Below, one piece after another: positions 18,667 through 29,137 of a DNA stretch of 64,000 nucleotides (the stretch's first letter is position 1; each line of letters opens with the position of its first letter). The translations under genes and the position numbers were made by a program. The notes beneath the pieces are model-generated. The model was not told where the DNA came from. It ran no database searches and saw only the letters and a program-made list of their open reading frames with translations. The stretch is from an uncultured virus (IMG/VR IMGVR_UViG_3300042399_001449) (taxonomy: Duplodnaviria > Heunggongvirae > Uroviricota > Caudoviricetes), in the IMG/VR virus record IMGVR_UViG_3300042399_001449; one strand, 5' to 3'.

Positions 18667-18995
18667 TTTTTCTTTTTTCTTCCACGTGATGTTTTTGCTA
18701 AAATATTGTCTTTTGCTTCCTCTACTGGAACTTCTTCGATTACAATATTTTCTTTCTTTTCTTCAAATGCTTCAATTAATGTTTCGTGTTGAACAATTTC
18801 TTCCGCAACTTCTGCTCGTGCTTCTTCTACTTGTTCAATCTTTTCTTCAAGAACTTCAATTTCTTTTTCGTTCTCTTTGATCTTTTTATTAATTTTACTT
18901 ACTTTTTTAGATTTACTATTATTCAATAACATAAATCCAACGATAGCTGCTACTGCTCCAGCAATAACAAACCAATACTTTTTAATTAGTTTCAT
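18663..18995 (-). CDS. Membrane-anchored coiled-coil protein (possible i-spanin)
   Basis: N-terminal TM helix YWFVIAGAVAAIVGFML followed by a long E/K coiled coil. Confidence 0.5.
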   Translation of the reverse strand: MKLIKKYWFVIAGAVAAIVGFMLLNNSKSKKVSKINKKIKENEKEIEVLEEKIEQVEEARAEVAEEIVQHETLIEAFEEKKENIVIEEVPVEEAKDNILAKTSRGRKKKK

Positions 18996-19629
18996 TGTTT
19001 TCTTTATTTAGGTTGTTTAAAAATTCTTCTTTAAATTTGTCAAATTGTTTTTGAACTGTTTCGTGAAATTCTTCTGGGGTCATTTTTGCGGCCCATGTTT
19101 CAACGTCTCCGTTCGTACTACTAACAAATTTACTTGATTCAGTATATGCTTGTTTTAACATTTCAACATCTCGTTCTGCAGATGCTAACCAAGCTATTGC
19201 ATTTTCGCGAATTTTATTTTGTTCATACTCCTCGAACTTGCCAGCTTTTTTCAATTCATGTTCCATATCAACAACGCAATCTAAACACATTCCGTGTATT
19301 TTACGCATTTTAATATCTGCTTGATTTTTACCGGAACATGTACATGTTTCTTTTCTACAATTAGGAAAAGAACGTATTTCATCACGAACAGATTGAAATA
19401 TATCTGAGTTTTTTGATTTTCTTATTCGAAAGCCATCATGTTGTTCAATAACATATGTTGTTCCTGTGGAAGAATCTGTTTCTTCCCACGAGTCGCCGAC
19501 ATCATGACGATCATTTTGTTTAGCCACTGTTTCAGCATCAGAAAAGCCAATTGTTTTCTTAGTTTGAAATTTATGGTTGCCATCCAACATTTGTTGAATA
19601 GCTTTGACATTTTGTAACTTTTTAGACAT
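18982..19629 (-). CDS. Hypothetical protein with Cys cluster
   Basis: ORF track; CRKETCTC...CLDC. Confidence 0.7.
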   Translation of the reverse strand: MSKKLQNVKAIQQMLDGNHKFQTKKTIGFSDAETVAKQNDRHDVGDSWEETDSSTGTTYVIEQHDGFRIRKSKNSDIFQSVRDEIRSFPNCRKETCTCSGKNQADIKMRKIHGMCLDCVVDMEHELKKAGKFEEYEQNKIRENAIAWLASAERDVEMLKQAYTESSKFVSSTNGDVETWAAKMTPEEFHETVQKQFDKFKEEFLNNLNKENNETN

Positions 19630-19636
19630 ATAACTT

Positions 19637-20479
19637 TTATTTTTTTTCTTGAGGAATTTCTGCAGTACTTAATTTTTTTACTGCTAATTGCTTTAATAAT
19701 TTGAAAAAGTTCTTTTTATCTTCAACTTCAGAATCTTTCATTGCTAAATTAAATACCTTTGATAATGTTTTAATTCTAGCAATATTTCCGCCGTCTGACT
19801 GTAATTGTTTAACAAATTTTTCAATTGATACAGCTTCTTTAGATTCATCAGATAATTCATCTTCTGCTGCTGGTGCTGGTGCATCTGCCGGTGGTGGTGT
19901 AGTAGCGTCTGCTGTTGGAGCAGGTGCTGCTGCATCTGGTGCTGGTGCTGGTGCAGCTGGTGCTGGTGCTGCGGCAGGGTCTGTTGGAGCAGGCGCAGGT
20001 GCTGCTGCATCCGGTGCTGGAACTTCTGCATTTGGTGCTGGTTGCTCTTCTTCAGGTGCTTGTTCATTTAAAAATTGCTCTGAAAGTACTTTTTCGATTT
20101 TACGTCGTAAAAACTCTCTAACTAAACGCTCTTTTTGTTCACGAGTTAAATTTTCAATTTTATCTTTGATATTTTTCTCGTTGTCTTTTTCGTCTTGATC
20201 TTGACGCTTCTTTAACACTTTAGCAGCATGCTTTCCATCATACTCGCCATCTTCTAAATCTTTATAAAGACGATCGTCAGCATTCCACTTTACGTCCATT
20301 TTGCCATCATCTACCATTGGCTTATCTGTTTTACGTAAAACATTAGATTGTTTTTCACCTGTAGATTTTGGATTCAATTTTCCATCTTTATCATCTAACG
20401 TATAATCCTTAAGATCTTTACGTGATTTGTATTTAGTATTTTCTGGTTTTTTGTATTTGCTTTTATGTTTTTCAGCCAT
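19637..20479 (-). CDS. Hypothetical protein with Pro/Ala-rich linker (possible internal head protein)
   Basis: Charged N-terminus, [19 protein letters not shown] low-complexity tract; late motif 20498-20505 and AAGGA SD. Confidence 0.7.
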   Translation of the reverse strand: MAEKHKSKYKKPENTKYKSRKDLKDYTLDDKDGKLNPKSTGEKQSNVLRKTDKPMVDDGKMDVKWNADDRLYKDLEDGEYDGKHAAKVLKKRQDQDEKDNEKNIKDKIENLTREQKERLVREFLRRKIEKVLSEQFLNEQAPEEEQPAPNAEVPAPDAAAPAPAPTDPAAAPAPAAPAPAPDAAAPAPTADATTPPPADAPAPAAEDELSDESKEAVSIEKFVKQLQSDGGNIARIKTLSKVFNLAMKDSEVEDKKNFFKLLKQLAVKKLSTAEIPQEKK

Positions 20480-20505
20480 TTCAATATCCTTATTTTATAT
20501 AAATA

Positions 20506-23019
20506 TTACCTTGCGTACTTTAATACCCCTAGTAGTTGATTCACCGGTGCAAATGCACCTGTCATTTTGTAAGTATTACCTTGGAATGTAAATACTACTC
20601 CTTCTGATGGTACAATTGAATTAAACCCTCCTAATTTTTGTATGCGTCGAAGTTCGTGCTCTAATTTTTGTATTGTAGCAGGATCATTCTTTGCTTGTAA
20701 ATCTTTGATAAGTTGAGCTAATTCAGTTTTAATATCTTGCACTGTTTTATCTGGATTTGCTGCTAAGAAGTTTTCTGCATTTTGTAATACAACTACTCCT
20801 AATCTTAAAAAGATTGATTCAAATGGTTCGAGGTTTTGTTTTTTATATTGTTTAAAATCTTTTTTATCAAATTCACTTACCCAAGCTAAAAATTCTGGGT
20901 TCTCAATTTCTTTTTTCAATACTGAGATATTTTTTGATTTGTCATCAAATGACCAACGATATATCAATGTTGTTAACATATCTTCTGGGATATCGTATCC
21001 TAGTTGTTGAGCTTTTGTTGAAATTACATCTCGCCACCACGCTTTATGATATTCGCTAATCATATCTGTATCATTAAGATTGAATTGTTGTTGTAATTGA
21101 TCAATCTCATTAAAGAATGCAGCTTGTTGATCTTCAAAATCATATACACGGCCTAATTTAATACGTTGTGGAGGAATAAATGAAAATGTTTTTTGCATAT
21201 GTGCATTAGCATCTTGAATAACTTGTTGCATCATTGCGCCTCCAGTTAAATCAGTCTCAACCGTTACACCTCGTTCATCGTATTCAACTAAATTATGAAA
21301 TTGTAAATGAGCTTTATCATATGCAATTACATTTTTTGTAGCAGGATAAATTATTTCCATGTTAGCAAATACTCGTCCATTTTTGAATATTTGATTTAAT
21401 TTTTCTTCTGGGATACTTCTTAAAGATTCTGTTAAATCTTCCGCACAAGCACGATATGCATCAACTACTTGTTTATATCCTTCCGATGCTTCCACTCCAT
21501 TCTTTGCAACAGCTTCTTGATACTTGCGTTCGAAATCTGCAATAATTTGTGGAGTTGTCATAGGATTAATTACAGTTCCTTTATTTCTAGCAAAACCAAT
21601 TTCTCCGTTTTTCCATGTAATTTGAATATTTTGTCCATCAGTCTTTTCAGTTACCGATTGTTCAATATCTAATCGTCCTGCTAAACCTCTCGAAACAATT
21701 TCTTTCATATCATTAAATGTTAATCCGTGATCATCCCACGGATGTGCCATATGGCCTGCGGCTCCACCCTCTTTAATAAGGTTTCCTGCAGGATTATAAT
21801 CTTCACGCATTAATGATTCAATTTTATAAATAACATCATTAGGATCGTTTTGTTGCCAAGTTTTACGTTGTTTTTTAATTGTTCTAGGAATTAGTTCAAT
21901 CATATTTTTACGTGAATTCCATTGCAACATGAACGGCATATGTATTGGAATATCAAATTGATAATCTGATTCAATTGCTGTTGGACGGTTAGCTTGTAAT
22001 TGTTGTGCAATTTGGTCTCCATATTCATCTGCTAGATCTTGGAACAAATCTTTCAATTCATCCATATATATAGGAGCTTCATTTCTAGGGTCATTTAATC
22101 GTTCAATAAAGTGCGTGTATTTACCTTGGAAATCAACATCTATTCCATATTCTTTAAAGAAATTGTCAATTGCTGGTTCTAATGATGCTAACTCGTCGCG
22201 TGTAATATAATTTTCTGTAATTACATTTTCAATAAGTTTAGCTCCAGCTACTGTCTTTGCAAATTGGTCAAAATCATATACAAATTCTTGTCCTCGATGT
22301 TTTTCTAAAAATGAACGAAGTTGTTTCATTTTCGAATCATGACGATTTTTTTCTTTTGGATTCATTATTGCTTCAATAACTTCATTAACATCTTCAGTTA
22401 ATGATGACACCCACCAATCGGTGCTAAACATTGTAGATTCTTGAACGCCTTTTAATATTTGCCAAACATTTTTAACTTCAGCATCATTTTGCATTGGATA
22501 TGAAGCACGAAATGTTGCATAATCATTATTTGCTAATGCAGCTCTAATCGTTGATGCTGAAATAGGTTCGCCGTTTGGATAAAGTAATGGATCAATGTCA
22601 ATGCTTAATTCTACTGCATTAACACCGCGCGGAATTGTACGACCTTTTTTATCTCCAATTGTTATGTACTTGTCTACATTAGGAACAAAATCTTTTGCTC
22701 GTACATAATCATCTCCTTTAGTTGATGCAGCCATGGCATAACGTCCTTGAGCATCTTCTGGCAAGGCAAATAAATATTCATATGCCGCCATGATTGGAGA
22801 ATTGAACTGTGTAGGTTGTATTTCAATTTGTGAATTTGAATTTAATAAATTAAAAATTTCTATAGTTTTTTCACGAGTAATTTCTTCTCTAGGTTTTTCA
22901 CCTATCAATAAAATTACTTTTTCTACGTCTGCAGCTTGTGCATATCTATTTGCTAGTTCGAGATGTGCACCAGTTAATGGTTTAAACCCACCAGGAAAAA
23001 GTACTGTTATTTTATCCAT
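20506..23019 (-). CDS. Multidomain protein: HIGH-family nucleotidyltransferase + central domain + ligase-like adenylyltransferase
   Basis: N-terminal FPGGFKPLTGAH...ISASTIRAAL; C-terminal EGGAAGHMAHP, TEKTDGQN (KxDG) and EGVVF...YKMTG. Confidence 0.7.
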   Translation of the reverse strand: MDKITVLFPGGFKPLTGAHLELANRYAQAADVEKVILLIGEKPREEITREKTIEIFNLLNSNSQIEIQPTQFNSPIMAAYEYLFALPEDAQGRYAMAASTKGDDYVRAKDFVPNVDKYITIGDKKGRTIPRGVNAVELSIDIDPLLYPNGEPISASTIRAALANNDYATFRASYPMQNDAEVKNVWQILKGVQESTMFSTDWWVSSLTEDVNEVIEAIMNPKEKNRHDSKMKQLRSFLEKHRGQEFVYDFDQFAKTVAGAKLIENVITENYITRDELASLEPAIDNFFKEYGIDVDFQGKYTHFIERLNDPRNEAPIYMDELKDLFQDLADEYGDQIAQQLQANRPTAIESDYQFDIPIHMPFMLQWNSRKNMIELIPRTIKKQRKTWQQNDPNDVIYKIESLMREDYNPAGNLIKEGGAAGHMAHPWDDHGLTFNDMKEIVSRGLAGRLDIEQSVTEKTDGQNIQITWKNGEIGFARNKGTVINPMTTPQIIADFERKYQEAVAKNGVEASEGYKQVVDAYRACAEDLTESLRSIPEEKLNQIFKNGRVFANMEIIYPATKNVIAYDKAHLQFHNLVEYDERGVTVETDLTGGAMMQQVIQDANAHMQKTFSFIPPQRIKLGRVYDFEDQQAAFFNEIDQLQQQFNLNDTDMISEYHKAWWRDVISTKAQQLGYDIPEDMLTTLIYRWSFDDKSKNISVLKKEIENPEFLAWVSEFDKKDFKQYKKQNLEPFESIFLRLGVVVLQNAENFLAANPDKTVQDIKTELAQLIKDLQAKNDPATIQKLEHELRRIQKLGGFNSIVPSEGVVFTFQGNTYKMTGAFAPVNQLLGVLKYAR

Positions 23020-23043
23020 TTTATTTCTTTTTATATAAATATA

Positions 23044-25968
23044 TTATGTCCAGGTTCCGTATGCATTTAATATTTGATAATCATATGTTGTATTAATATA
23101 TAACAATTCAATTGAAGCATATGTGTTAGTAGTAGATTTTGTTAGTGCACCATCAATTGGAGTTGATAGATTTGGATCGATTGTTAATGTATTCGATCCA
23201 CCGACTTTTTTAATTATTATAGATGTACGGCCGAACGAAGTACTAAGGCCGGTTGGTAATGTAATTGTTACTGCAGATGTTGTCGTGTCTACTAATATTA
23301 ATGATCCAGATAAGCCTCCAACGAATGATGTTGATGCAGTTAATATAGGTGTGTCGCCCGAATATCGTAAGAAACTAGATAAATTAACTGTAGGTGTATT
23401 AATTTGAGTCATTACTTCTAATGATCCAGATATTAAAAAACTATATGGATTAAATGTGCCTCCAATATAATATGCTTCATCCGGGGCGAAAACTGACATT
23501 ATTATTGAGTCTTGATTGCCAATATAAACTGTTTGATATGTAACAGGAATTAAACCAGATGGATTTGGTTTAAATCTATCATACATGGTTACTCCTGCAG
23601 AGTTTAATCCAGTAATCGTTACGTCTAATTTTTTAGTTGTACCAATAACTGGAGTTTTTATTTCTCCAATTGGATATAATAATGTACACTGTATTTCTAC
23701 TTTTCTAATAATCTGTCCACTTAACGTTCCATCTAATACTAAACGATATCCAGTTTGTGTACCATTTGGCATAGTAAATGACTGTAAATAACTAGATGAA
23801 TTAGATGTTGTTATTCTTACACTTTTATCTAAGATAACATTTGCTTGTGCGGTACCTGTAAATGTTGCATTATTTGCGACAACATCTCCTGAACTACTTA
23901 ATAAAAAATTACTAGATGATATTTGTAGTAATCCATTACTACCACTTATAAATGTAGTTGTAGGATTTCCAAAGAAAAACGTTTTAGTTCGAATATCAAT
24001 TTCACTATCTGAAGTTGAATATCTAAAATAGCTTGACGTATTTAGATATAATTCTAATCCTACACCACTATATGCATTTCCATATTTTGTTAGTTGGCCA
24101 TTTAGTGCAGATCCAGACCATAATAAGAATCCAGGAAATCCTGAGTTAAAACCTTCATATCCTAATGAACGAATGAATCCGCTATTTGAATATCCGGATA
24201 TTGCAATTCCTGATTCTAATGAGTCTGCAACATAAAGTGAACCAGTAAGCATAGAATATTCGCCATCAACATATCGATTACCACCTTCCCAATTTTTATT
24301 GTAAAGATAATTGATTTGTTTGCTTTTTACTCCTGCAAAATTATAATATTCAATTTTAAATGTAAGTTGATTGTTTGATTTATGTGCTGTTGGAACTAAG
24401 CTTCTTATTCTAGTATAATCAGGCGTATATCCCGCATCATTATCTGATGTTGTTCTTATATCAGCAACTTGCCATGTTCCTGATTCAACAACTAGAATTA
24501 AGACAGCTGTTCCGTTATTAGAAGCTTCAAAATTAAATACATAATCGTCAAAACGTTGTTCTACGGTATTAACTGAGATATCTCCAATTCGTTTACCTAA
24601 TGTTGTTGGTAGTTCTTGATTGAAATAATCAGTTGACTCAAAATCAAATGCACTACCAGATAAATATACTGATAATTTAGCATCTTGTGTTCCTGATTTA
24701 ATTCCGAGTGCATCTAATGTTATTTTATAAGAAGCATCTTTAATAAAAATACCTTTAAATGCATCTTTGATTTGTATTGAATGAACTGCATTTGGTGCCG
24801 TAATATCAGTTGCACTAACAATTGACATTGCATTGCTAATTGAGCTTGTAGTCCATGTTAATGTAGGCGCGGTAGTTTCTGTAAGTCCTTGATATGTATG
24901 TGCTTCCCAATATGTATTGATTATGCTTTGACTTGTAAATGAACCAATACTAGTGTCAGGATATAATGATGCTGTATTTGCTACAAATATTTCCGTTTCT
25001 GTTAGCTCAATATCATTAATCAATTCCCATGTTCCAACTTGTCCGTTATTGTTCATGAATGTTTTAATTCTAGAAACATCGCCAGTTGCTGGTTGTAATC
25101 CTGATATTTGAATTAATGCAAATGACTCGGAATTTTCAGTTGGAGTATATGTTGGAGTAGCTTCATATGCTAAACTATATGATGATGCATCAAATGAAGA
25201 ATATGTATGAGCTGAAATACTTTGGCTACTATACACTGTATACATCGAATCTAATAAAGCTAGGCTCGGAGATAAGATCTTTTTAATGGTTGAGCTATAA
25301 CTAGTAGTAGACGGAATATATGTTGCCGTAGGAAGTGCATTAATAGGTGTAGCAACTGTTATTGTCCCTGTCGACATATCAGAAGTAAATGATCCGCCAT
25401 TTAATTCTATTGCCGGCTGATTATTATATAAATAATACTTAACCGTTCCTGTAGAATATGTTGGGAATTGATTACCTCCTGGGAATGTTCTATCTAATTG
25501 TGTGCCTACTTGTTCTGTAATAGTTACAGTTGGTAATGTCTCAAAAATAATTTCTGAATCATTAGAAACATTAGGATTAACTGGAACTTGACGCATCCAT
25601 TTAATATTAGCACGTCCTTGCCATTCTTGTGGAACATTTACTGCTTCAGCTGTTAACGTTACAACACAATCTCCCGGTGAAGTATCTTCATAAATATAAA
25701 TTGCAATTACACGGCTTTTATCTTCATCAATGTAATCAACTATTTGATGATAAATAGGATCGCCATTGTAATCTAAAACTTCAATATTCAAATATCCACC
25801 CACTTTTAAATTAGTAGGATGACCTCGCAGTTTAAATAAATTTTTACCTGCTGTTAATTTGTTTGGAAATTCTGAAATTTGAAAATAATCAGGAGAAGTT
25901 AGCGATGTATCAGTAAACCATACATCATTGAACTGTAGTCCTTTATAAACTGCTTCTTTACGCTTCAT
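23044..25968 (-). CDS. Large virion structural protein (tail/baseplate-associated)
   Basis: 974 aa, S/T/G-rich; C-terminal VDTTTSAVTITLP...IKK...TLTID fibre-type domain; late motif 25989-25996. Confidence 0.65.
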   Translation of the reverse strand: MKRKEAVYKGLQFNDVWFTDTSLTSPDYFQISEFPNKLTAGKNLFKLRGHPTNLKVGGYLNIEVLDYNGDPIYHQIVDYIDEDKSRVIAIYIYEDTSPGDCVVTLTAEAVNVPQEWQGRANIKWMRQVPVNPNVSNDSEIIFETLPTVTITEQVGTQLDRTFPGGNQFPTYSTGTVKYYLYNNQPAIELNGGSFTSDMSTGTITVATPINALPTATYIPSTTSYSSTIKKILSPSLALLDSMYTVYSSQSISAHTYSSFDASSYSLAYEATPTYTPTENSESFALIQISGLQPATGDVSRIKTFMNNNGQVGTWELINDIELTETEIFVANTASLYPDTSIGSFTSQSIINTYWEAHTYQGLTETTAPTLTWTTSSISNAMSIVSATDITAPNAVHSIQIKDAFKGIFIKDASYKITLDALGIKSGTQDAKLSVYLSGSAFDFESTDYFNQELPTTLGKRIGDISVNTVEQRFDDYVFNFEASNNGTAVLILVVESGTWQVADIRTTSDNDAGYTPDYTRIRSLVPTAHKSNNQLTFKIEYYNFAGVKSKQINYLYNKNWEGGNRYVDGEYSMLTGSLYVADSLESGIAISGYSNSGFIRSLGYEGFNSGFPGFLLWSGSALNGQLTKYGNAYSGVGLELYLNTSSYFRYSTSDSEIDIRTKTFFFGNPTTTFISGSNGLLQISSSNFLLSSSGDVVANNATFTGTAQANVILDKSVRITTSNSSSYLQSFTMPNGTQTGYRLVLDGTLSGQIIRKVEIQCTLLYPIGEIKTPVIGTTKKLDVTITGLNSAGVTMYDRFKPNPSGLIPVTYQTVYIGNQDSIIMSVFAPDEAYYIGGTFNPYSFLISGSLEVMTQINTPTVNLSSFLRYSGDTPILTASTSFVGGLSGSLILVDTTTSAVTITLPTGLSTSFGRTSIIIKKVGGSNTLTIDPNLSTPIDGALTKSTTNTYASIELLYINTTYDYQILNAYGTWT

Positions 25969-25996
25969 TACACCTTAATATTCTTTTATATAAATA

Positions 25997-28900
25997 TTAA
26001 ACGTGTTGAATCTGGCTAAATTTATTTATTTTATTTACTTCTATTAAATTATCTACCATATCACGCATTGTGTCAACGTGTGAAATGATAATTGAAAAAT
26101 CAAACTTCGTACGGAAATAATCAAAAAGATTAACAACTGCTGAAATATGTTCTGCATCTAAACTTCCCCATCCTTCATCTATTGCAATGAAATTAGGGCG
26201 TGGTAATGCTGATACATTGATTAATGCAATACGTATTGCTAATGAACTAATAAATCGTTCCATACCTGATGTTAATTCTAATGGCCAATAGTTTTCATCA
26301 TCATAAATGATATACCCATTAATGTTTTTTCCATCACTTTGCAATACCATATTAAAATCAACAACTTGGTTTAAAACATTGTTAATTTCAGATTCTATCT
26401 TAGGCATTGCCTTAGCAATCAATTCATATGGTACGCCATCACGCTTAACTGAATCTAAATAATATTCAAATGCTTTGTATTCAGTTTCAAGTTGTTTGTA
26501 TTTGTCTAATGATTCAATTGCAGATTTTTTAGTTGTTTTTGCAACTTCAATACGGCCGTGTTTGCTACGAATTGTATCTGTAATAGTTTTTATTTGACTT
26601 GTTGCTGATTCAATTGATGTTTTTAATGTATCAATCTTTTTATCAATAACTTCATTATGTGTAATTGCACTAGCATTAGCTTTAAATGATTCTTGACGTT
26701 CTAAACATGTTTCTAATTCTGATTCACGAGTTTGCAATTCATTCTCAATAATTTGAATTTGCAATTCTTGTTTTTCAATTGTTATACGTTTTGTTTCATG
26801 TTTTTGTTTTAATGTTGCTAATGCATCATTATCTATTCTAACTGTCGAATATGTTTGTATCGTTGATTTTAATTGTAATTGTTGTTCAGACAATTCAGTC
26901 AATATGTCTCTATCCGCACCAATCGTGTTCTGTGCTTCAATTGCATTTTGCACAAAAACGTTAGATGTACAGTATTTGCAGTTCGGATCATATTCATGGT
27001 CGGAAAGGTGATTAATTTTTTCTTGTTTTGCATTGATAATTCCTTGTTGTTTTTTAATACTCGAATCTATCTGTGCTAATTCCTTTTCGAGTTTTTCTAA
27101 TTGTTGAAGTTTATCTGATAAGTCTGTTTCATTGTATCGGCGCTTATCTCTTTTAATGATTAAATATTCATTTGTTAATGACTCTAAATTTGTTTCTGAC
27201 GTTTCTATATCACTTTGTAGTTGTGATATTTTTTTAGTTAACTCAGTTTCAATTTTAGTTAATTGATCAATATTCGGTCCTGAATATGTAGTTGGTTGTT
27301 TTGTTTGAATTAAGTCTACAATTTCATTTTGATAATCATTGCGTTTTTCTTGCAACTCATCTTCTTCAGTTTCTAATGAAGTTATATCTTGTTGGTTGTT
27401 TGAAATAATAGTATCAGCATCATTGATAATAACATCAAAATCCGTTTTCTTGTATGATTTTAATTTACCAGCAGTTTCTTTAATTTCATCTGATGCTAAT
27501 TGATAAAGTTGTTCAAATACTGTAATATCTAAAAATTGTGATAATAAGTCTTTTCGTTCACGTTGAGACTTTTCAATAAAGTTATTATTATCTGCTTGAA
27601 GTGAAAATGCAGTTAAAATAAAATCATCATATGTGCCTAAGTAACGACGAATTGATTTATTAGTATCACTTCGTTCTTCCCCATTCAAATTTTCAGTTTC
27701 AGTATAAAAGTCTACTAATACTTTAACATGACCATTCTTTTGTTTGATACCAGTACGTTCAATTGTATAATTCACGCCGTTCATTTCAAAAGTAAATTTA
27801 CCTTTAAATCGATCTTTCTTGTTGTTTAAAACTTCATGAGCTTTACCAGTTTTACTACATTTATCAAATATTGTATAAGTAATTGCATCTAGCAATGAAG
27901 ATTTACCACTTGTATTTGCAGCAAATAAACCACATACATCTTGTAAATTTTCAAAATTAATTAAATTGTTCTCGCCATATGAAAACATGTTTTCAAATTC
28001 AAATTGAACTGGGTGCCATGTCATGTGACGAACTGATTCAACTGCTGGCAATTTAGAATTTATTGTTCTATTAATATGTCTAATAGCATCAGTCTCTTCT
28101 GGAGTTGCTTGTGGATGATTAATTGAAATATAATCAGTAATCAATGTATTTTGATATTCTACGTCACGAACATTACCAATTGTAAATGACGATGAAACTG
28201 ATGTGTCAGGTCCGGTAGTGCTACGTTGAATCGTAATGTCTTGAACATTGTATTTTTTACGAATCGTTGCAATCAGCTTTTTCATATCTGCTGCACTTGT
28301 TTCGTTGAATTTAATTCTAACACGTGGTTTGTTAGGCATTCGATGTGGTGACTTAATTATTTTAGTGTCATCCACTTCTAATGTAACATATCCGTAATCA
28401 TTTTGTATTTCAACAAAATCAGCACGACGTGATTCGATATCCCAAACCAAAATACCATGATCTAATGCTTCCCCGTGATTTTGTTGAATTAATGACCCTG
28501 GATATGCAATTGTTTTTTCATCATCTAAAAATTGTGCTGGCTTATGAATATCTCCTAATAATGTAATGTCATGTCCTTTGAATAATTCTGTAGTTACATG
28601 CTCATTTGAAATTTGATATCCAATATCAGTCTTTGCAGTATTAACAGCTCCATGGTGCATTGCTATTTTATAAGATGCATCAAAGTCTTTTGCTAGAATA
28701 TATTCAGTTGGTGCAACATCTACCGCCATATGATTCCATACAGCTCCTCCACATTCAAACAAACCATTTTCTTTGATAAAGATGATATTATTGTTTTGAA
28801 TTACATCTAAAATAGGACTAACAGCATCTATTCGATGCATATTGTTCAAGTTCATGTCGTGATTACCTAGAATAACAATTGTAGGTAATTTGAATCCATT

Positions 28901-29137
28901 AAAAAAGTCAACAAGCATTTGAACTAGCTCCGGAGACATATCTAATTTGCTATGAACAATATCCCCAGTAACTACCGCAATACTATTTGCAGTTCGATTT
29001 GATTCAATATAGTCAAACATGTTTTTAAAAACTTCACGATATTCCGTATGTCGTTTCAATGTTCGAATATGTATATCTGAAACATGATAAATTTTATCAA
29101 TTTTATCAATTCCGATGTCAATCTTTTTTATGCCCAT
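25997..29137 (-). CDS. Fused Mre11/SbcD nuclease-Rad50/SbcC ATPase (gp47+gp46-like)
   Basis: SDIH, GDIVH, GNHD, GDIH phosphoesterase motifs; ANTSGKSS Walker A, coiled coil with CKYC hook, SGMERF signature, IAIDEGWGSLD Walker B, ISH. Confidence 0.93.
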   Translation of the reverse strand: MGIKKIDIGIDKIDKIYHVSDIHIRTLKRHTEYREVFKNMFDYIESNRTANSIAVVTGDIVHSKLDMSPELVQMLVDFFNGFKLPTIVILGNHDMNLNNMHRIDAVSPILDVIQNNNIIFIKENGLFECGGAVWNHMAVDVAPTEYILAKDFDASYKIAMHHGAVNTAKTDIGYQISNEHVTTELFKGHDITLLGDIHKPAQFLDDEKTIAYPGSLIQQNHGEALDHGILVWDIESRRADFVEIQNDYGYVTLEVDDTKIIKSPHRMPNKPRVRIKFNETSAADMKKLIATIRKKYNVQDITIQRSTTGPDTSVSSSFTIGNVRDVEYQNTLITDYISINHPQATPEETDAIRHINRTINSKLPAVESVRHMTWHPVQFEFENMFSYGENNLINFENLQDVCGLFAANTSGKSSLLDAITYTIFDKCSKTGKAHEVLNNKKDRFKGKFTFEMNGVNYTIERTGIKQKNGHVKVLVDFYTETENLNGEERSDTNKSIRRYLGTYDDFILTAFSLQADNNNFIEKSQRERKDLLSQFLDITVFEQLYQLASDEIKETAGKLKSYKKTDFDVIINDADTIISNNQQDITSLETEEDELQEKRNDYQNEIVDLIQTKQPTTYSGPNIDQLTKIETELTKKISQLQSDIETSETNLESLTNEYLIIKRDKRRYNETDLSDKLQQLEKLEKELAQIDSSIKKQQGIINAKQEKINHLSDHEYDPNCKYCTSNVFVQNAIEAQNTIGADRDILTELSEQQLQLKSTIQTYSTVRIDNDALATLKQKHETKRITIEKQELQIQIIENELQTRESELETCLERQESFKANASAITHNEVIDKKIDTLKTSIESATSQIKTITDTIRSKHGRIEVAKTTKKSAIESLDKYKQLETEYKAFEYYLDSVKRDGVPYELIAKAMPKIESEINNVLNQVVDFNMVLQSDGKNINGYIIYDDENYWPLELTSGMERFISSLAIRIALINVSALPRPNFIAIDEGWGSLDAEHISAVVNLFDYFRTKFDFSIIISHVDTMRDMVDNLIEVNKINKFSQIQHV

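Noticed and set aside
19860..20045. GC-rich GGTGCT/GCA repeats
   Set aside because: Encode a Pro/Ala linker; no repeat-spacer structure, so not CRISPR.
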